From positions 39,246,001 through 39,310,000 of the forward strand of contig NC_043015.1 in assembly GCF_006345805.1 (NCBI RefSeq): a stretch of 64,000 bases of DNA. The letters are read 5' to 3'. This stretch comes from Octopus sinensis (lineage: Eukaryota). The first letter of the stretch is position 1; the number at the start of each line of letters is the position of its first letter. Made by a program: the position numbers and the translations under genes. The notes under the pieces were generated by a model. It was not told the origin of the DNA. It made no database searches and was given only the letters and a program-made list of their open reading frames with translations. Shown one piece after another: positions 57,385 to 64,000 of the stretch.

Positions 57385-58020
57385 CTGCACAAATAGAAAG
57401 AAAGAAAAAAAAAGAAAAAAAATATTGAATCAAAATCTTGAATGGCAAAATAATACAAAAAATTAAGAGATTTGTTTTGATTTAAATTGTAATAACGGTA
57501 ACTAAACATGACAATAATTATTTATTGCACAAACACAGCAAAATTATTTCTCTAAGATCAAATCAATAACTGAATGTCATTACCGGTATCTCTTTTTCTC
57601 TTTTTACTTGTTTCAGTCATTTGACTGCGGCCATGCTGGAGCACCACCTTTAATCGAGCAACTCGACCCCCAGGACTTATTCTTTTGTAAGTATAGTACT
57701 TATTCTATCGGTCTCTTTTGCCGAACCGCTAAGTAACGGGGACATAAACACACCAGCATCGGATGGCAAGCAATGCAAGGGGGACAAACACAGACACACA
57801 AACACATACACGCATATATATATACATATATACATATATACGACAGGATTCTTTCAGTTTCCGTCTACCAAATCCACTCACAAGGCTTTGGTCGGCACGA
57901 GGCTATAGTAGAAGACACTTGCCCAAGGTGCCATGCAGTGGGACTGAACCCGGAACCATGTGGTTGGTAAACAAGCTACTTACCACACAGCCACTCCTAT
58001 ATATATATATATATATATAT

Positions 58021-58920
58021 ATATAGGTAAACAGTAAAATTAAATACAGACATGGACAAGAACATGAAACACCACAGAGACGACACAAGAACCACAGGAC
58101 GGGACATTCGAAGCCCTCAGTCATCAGTCAAGAACCAGATCATCTTAGCAATTTCGGCTGATTAATCTTGAGATTGCTCCGATATGGCCAGCCCGCCAAG
58201 GGAAATCTAAGCAAGCGCATTAGATCCCCTGGAAGAAAGCTTCGAATGTATACAACGAAAGGACGGAAAACGATCGAAGTACACAAACAAAAATACAGAA
58301 TACGTGACACCAATAAGAATACAAAAACGTAAAAACAATAACGGTAAAATAAAAAATAAACAACAAAACAAACCAGGACGTAGGACAAGGGTCTTTCGAC
58401 AGGACGATTTGAGTAGGGGCTGGCTTGTGAAGTGTGCCTAAAGGCCACGGGGAGACGAACAAATACGTTGCTTCTGAGGCTGCTGAAAACGAAAAGAGCG
58501 CTCAACAGCGGCTAGCTGTCACGTGAGAACAAAAGACAGGAGAAAGGACAGATGAAAAGGGAGAGAAGGTGGACGAGGGAGGAGAAGAAAGAGACAGATC
58601 GAGGGGGCTGGAGGTGAGAGAGATAGAGAAACGTAGAAAGGGGGGGGGGACGGATGGAGAGGGAAAGAACGGAAGTGGATAAGGGAGGAGGGAGAGAGAG
58701 GAAAAAAGAGACAGATTAAGAGTCGTATCAAAGCTTGAGAAAAAAAAAAATATACTTATCGTATAAGGACAATTGTGGATACGTAGCCGCCGATTCGATT
58801 ATATAGGTAAACAGTAAAATTAAATACAGACATGGACAAGAACATGAAACACCACAGAGACGACACAAGAACCACAGGACGGGACATTCGAAGCCCTCAG
58901 TCATCAGTCAAGAACCAGAT

Positions 58921-58923
<3 letters not shown>
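58021..58923 (-). mobile_element. Penelope-like element remnant bounded by an identical ~120-bp direct repeat (pseudo-LTR)
   Basis: 58021-58143 matches 58801-58923; sits in (TA)n; contains hammerhead core motifs. Confidence 0.6.
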
Positions 58924-58955
<32 letters not shown>

Positions 58956-61259
58956 TATATATATATGTCGGGATATTGATGTGGTTGCATAAAAAACCCT
59001 GACCCTAACCCAACAGCGATGGAGATGGGAAGATATGCACTTTTCAATTCATGGAGGAGTGGAGCTGACAGCATTTAACTACCTCCTCCAACAAGGACTA
59101 ATCAAGGAACCCTACCAATCTTGGTTCAACCTAACCACAAAGGGCACAAGCTCTTACCCAACTGTTGTCTCCAGCCTATAATTGCATTTAGGGAAGCTCC
59201 ATTTACCTTAACCGTTTTCACCACAAACAGCCACCTTTTGACAAATTCCATGGGGGTGGAGTGAGGTAGGGGGTCATTTTCTTCTCCATCCTCACTTTCT
59301 TTTCAAAATGGAACTTATAAAAGTTGATGAGGGATACACTAAGGAGGAAGGTGTCTGTCTTCAATTCTTTCAGCCTTGTCCGTCACACAGCCATTTTCTC
59401 AATAGCTATGGACAGAAGAATATTACTTACCCTGCCTTATCAAAGGTAGACAGTGGGATGATCTTACTGCCAACCAATAAATGGATCTGACCAGCGTCGC
59501 CTTACTGGCACCTGTGCCGGTGGCATGTGTAAAAAGATTCGAGCGAGGTCATTTCCAGTACCGCCTGACTGGCCCTGTGCCGGTGGCAAGTAAAAAGCAC
59601 CCACTACACTCTCGGAGTGGTTGGCGTTAGGAAGGGCATCCAGCTGTAGAAACTCTGCCAGATCAAGTTTGGAGCCTGGGGCAGCCATCTGGTTCGACAG
59701 CCCTCAGTCAAATCGTCCAACCCATGCCAGCATGGAAAGTGGACGTTAAACGATGACGATGCCGCCACCGCCGATGACTGCTTTCACTTCTGTGGTTTCC
59801 AACACCATTACAATGACTTTACTGCATATTCTAACACAGCTCTTCCACATGGCAGGCAATTTTAAAGGGAAGGGCTTGGTCAGAACCATTAATCCCTGTA
59901 GCTTATGAAAGGCAAAGTTGGCTTTGAAAGAGTTTGAACACAGAACATAAAACACCAAAAGAAATTCCACAAAACATTTTGTCTGAAGCTGTACAGCTGA
60001 AGACAGTTTTGTTTAACGAAATAAACTGTAACTATCATTAGAATTTGACACCAGGATGTAACTGGTACCTGTTTGATCAAGTGATTAAAATAAAATTCAA
60101 ATTTCAGCTGGATTTGTACAGAGATTGAAACAGCGTCAGCAGGGGTGGTTTGCACAAATTAGTTCTAGTGACATTGCAATGTTGAAATGCAATTGTCATT
60201 GTAGTAGTTCACATAGGAAGGAGGGTACCACTCACATACGGAGAACTATAAGGCTCATATTTGAAGGATCCAACTGGTACACACACACACACACACACAC
60301 TGACATCTCGGAGACTGTCATTCAGCTGAAAGATCTACTCACAACTACCTTACAACCATTAGTTTACCTGGCTATTTAACCTCTAAGCACAACCCTCTGA
60401 CTCTACTACACCTTCTACTCTACTAAATCAAGAATGCCTGCTTGGTGGACTTATCCATCCGCTCCTTGATGGACTTAGCCATCCACCCCTTTCTCTGATC
60501 TCCCAGATAGTTCTTAACCCTTTTGCTACTGTATTTATTTTGAGAGGCTCTGTGATTCTTTAAATTATTTTAAATATAACAAACAATTTAGTAAAATAAC
60601 TTAGTTATCATTCAGCTTGTGTTTGGAACATAAATTGTGACTAAGGTTTGGTGGTATATTTTATGCAAAACTTATGAAAACAAGACATTTGTACTACAGA
60701 GCCAGAGCCGGGTTGGTAATGAAAGGGTTAAAGCCCTTTAACCCTTTAGCATTTAAACCGGCCATATCCGGCCAAAAGTATTCTGCCTGTTTTATGTTCA
60801 AACTGGCCAGATCTGGTCTCTCACACCAACCCTACAATATCGTCTTAAAATTTAACAGCTACCTCATAAGAATCTCATAGGTACAAGATTAATGAATGAT
60901 TAGTTCAAAACAATGTGCATGAAAAAAAGCATTCATTTTGGCAGAATAATGCGAACACTAAAGGGTTAACCCATTAATTCACCAAGAGCTGCAAATCTCA
61001 AAGTCCAAACTACGAAAGTTCTTCTGTGAGTGATTTAAAATGAGAAAGCTAAAATTTTTGAGAAGATGAAAATAAGGCAGAATCAGACAAAATTAATTGT
61101 GTCGTTTATCATTATTGCAACATTAGCTGAACACGAAGGTTTCATCATTAGCTATAAACACCTCAGCACTCCACCAACAAGTTTTGATATTTTCTTGTAA
61201 GATTTATGAGTTTTTATTTTAAATATTTCATTAAATATATTTGATAACATCACTTTATA

Positions 61260-62036
61260 CGAGGGTGAGTCAAAAAGTTATGCCATTTTCTTTATTTCAT
61301 CTGAAGTTTTTGATAAAAATAACTGAAGATTTTCCCAGTTATAAATGATTCTATCATTTACGTTCTGAAATATTTTGTTTCTTACTTTTCAGGTTTTTAG
61401 ACTGGTAAGGAAATTTCAAAATGGCTCTCCCCTTAGAGTTACCTCAAAAACAAAGAACAGTGATTGAATTTCTTGTTACTGTGGGGGGGGGGGACCCCTG
61501 TGAACATTCACCGACGATTACAAAATGTCTTTGAGGACAATACTTTAGATTATAGCAATGTATGCAGGTGGGTTCATCGTCTGAAAGATGAAAAGGTGGG
61601 AACTGTGAGTGTAGCCGATAAACCCCATTCTGGCCGTCCGTCCGTCCGCTTCTGTGAATCTTGCCAATGAAGCAAAAGCAGATGCTCTGATCAGAGAAGA
61701 CAGGCGCTTAACTCTTGATGAGTTGGCAGAAAACCTTGAAGTGAGCCATGGAAGTGCTTACAACATTGTTGAATCACTTGGCTTGACGAGGAAGTGAAAA
61801 CTGTAGTGAAGAAGTGGCTCAAAGCACAGTCAACAGAATTCTACGGGGCAGGGATACATGCTCTCATTCGAAGGTGGAACATTGCTATTGAGAGAAACGG
61901 TGACTATGTTGAGAAGTAGGGATGCAATCCACAGAGGACCAGCTTCATTTTGATGTATGATACATGTTCCTGTGTTGGTAATTTGGTAATTATACCTGTC
62001 CAAAACAAAATGGCATTACTTTTTGACGCACCCTCG
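61260..62036 (+). mobile_element. Internally deleted mariner element
   Basis: TA-flanked ~30-bp TIRs (CGAGGGTGAGTCAAAAAG.. / ..CTTTTTGACGCACCCTCG); HTH with SGRP and C-terminal GDYVEK retained; catalytic DD34D core missing. Confidence 0.92.
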
Positions 62037-62832
62037 TAAACTTGGATTTTATATCCTGATAAGAATTATATTTTTAATTTTTTTGTTTCTTTGTGTCATC
62101 CTGCTTCTTCTGTTTTATATCTCTATCTAAGGACCCTTGCAGAACACATTAAATAAGGATTAAATGAAACAATTTTGTTTAATGTATTTCTATGATAATT
62201 AATGACACAAATAATATGAATAGGTTCAAAGGCGGTCAGCTGGCAGAAATGGTAGCAGAAATGTTTGTCTGTCTTTACTTTCTGAGTTCAAATATTTCTG
62301 AGGTCAACTTTGCCTTTCATCCTTTTGGGGTCGGATAAATTAAGTACCAGTTGAGTACTGGGGTTGATCTAATCAACTGGCCCTCCTCCTCCCCCAAAAT
62401 TTTGGGCCTTGTGCCTAGAGCAGAAAACAATAGTCTTTATTTGCATGAAAAAGCAAATTCCTTGAAGTTTTGTTTTGCTATTTCGTGGTCTACTTGGATA
62501 CAACATCAATAATTTTAATGTTATTCACAAATCAAAGGAGACGGGCTGATTGATATAACTTTCTAGAGCATCACAGGAAGATTTGAAATATCGTAACATG
62601 AGGGAGCCTCTCTAAACAAACGTATCACACAGTCAGTTCTTGGAATTACAACTTTGTCTGACTTTTTGTAGTTAGAATTAATTCCTCTTTCTCTAAACCA
62701 TTTTTAACAACGAAGCAGTTTCGGCATCGAAGTCTGGGATTAAATAAACATTTTATTTAATGCAAAGAAAAGTTATTTCTTTATAAATATTATTGAGAGG
62801 ACATGACAAAGAGGTAGATGATGATAATAACA

Positions 62833-62874
<42 letters not shown>

Positions 62875-64000
62875 GCTTCAAATTTTGCCACAAGGGCAGC
62901 AATTTTAGGGGAGGGGATGAGTTGATTACATTGACTCCAGTATTCAACTGATCCTTATTTTATCGACCCCGAAAGGATGAAAGGTAAAGTCAAACTTGGT
63001 GGAATTTGTACTCAGAACATAGTGATGGGCGAAATACCTATTTCTTTACTACTCACAAGGGGCTAAACATAAGAGGGGGCAAACAAGGACAGACAAATGG
63101 ATTAAGTCTATTATATTGACCCCAGTGCGTAACTGGTTCTTATTTAATCGACCCCGAAAGGATGAAAGGCAAAGTTGACTTCGGCGCAATTTGAACTCAG
63201 AACGTAACGGCGGATGAAATACGGCTACGCATTTTGCCCGACATGCTAACGTTTCTGTCAGCTCGCTGCCTTTACGAAATACAGCTAAGCATTTTGTCCA
63301 GTGCATTAACAACTCTTCCAGCTCACCACCTTATAAATAATAATAATAATAATAATAATAAATGCCCTGATGCAGTACCAGACAGTGGCTCTCATGGCTT
63401 CTCATCTTAACTGATTGGAAGTGTTATCATGTACATTGTTTTGTCTTGGTATAAAAGATGGGCTACAGCAAATATTCTGCTCAATACCACAGATTTGCTT
63501 GTCAGTTATTTGACCTTAACCAGTTGAGCATGTCCCTTAGTGGCTGATGATATGTGCATCTCTAATCACAAGCAGAAGTAGTGGGGGAGCATCATAGCCA
63601 TGTGTTGAGAGGGATTCTTTGGGGTTTGAATAATTCACCTCTGGAGACATGGGTGGGTTTTTCAACATCCTTAAACAACCCTTATTTAGGGACCGTTTGA
63701 GCGGGATGGGCTACTCAACCTGAAGAAAATTCTAACTGGGCCCCACCTGCAAGGTCATGTGCAGTTTATCTTGATATGAGATCACCATGCCACGCACATA
63801 TGGTTGTGATGCATGTGCCTGGTGTGCCCTTATCAGACAGGTAGTCATGATGGGTATATTGGGCTTCGTATATTTTACCCCAGTGTCACTTTGATGGCAT
63901 GAACTGCTCTCTCACTCAATAATAATAATAACAATGGTTTCAAATTTTGCTACAAGGGCAGCAATTTTAGGGGAGGGGATGAGTTGATTACATCCACTCC

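Noticed and set aside
59308-60379. Short ORFs and donors as upstream exons of the Cys-rich gene
   Set aside because: No exon with convincing phase, splice sites and protein character

Overview
Eukaryotic, AT-rich, repeat-dense animal DNA. The repeat content (microsatellites, tRNA- and RTE-type SINEs, Penelope-like fragments) is typical of an octopus/coleoid cephalopod, which is an inference. I reconstructed three complete spliced genes by hand with consistent exon phases: MBLAC1 (- strand, 5 coding exons, 208 aa, HxHxDH motif), TGS1/PIMT cap trimethylguanosine synthase (+ strand, 10 coding exons, about 1049 aa) and an Aveugle/SAMD10/12-like SAM protein (- strand, 5 coding exons, 173 aa). There is also the terminal exon of a Cys-rich protein (- strand, 57.3 kb). 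The rest is SINEs, MITEs, Helitron-like elements, dead Tc1 and mariner transposons, and RTE and Penelope fragments. Most notable are three hammerhead ribozyme motifs, a fourth with its strands in permuted order inside a Penelope-like direct repeat, an AT-AC (U12) intron in TGS1, a DPPW rather than SPPW catalytic motif in TGS1, and a locally duplicated structured 76-bp element near the TGS1 5' end. Nearly all ORFs in the supplied track are repeat noise.
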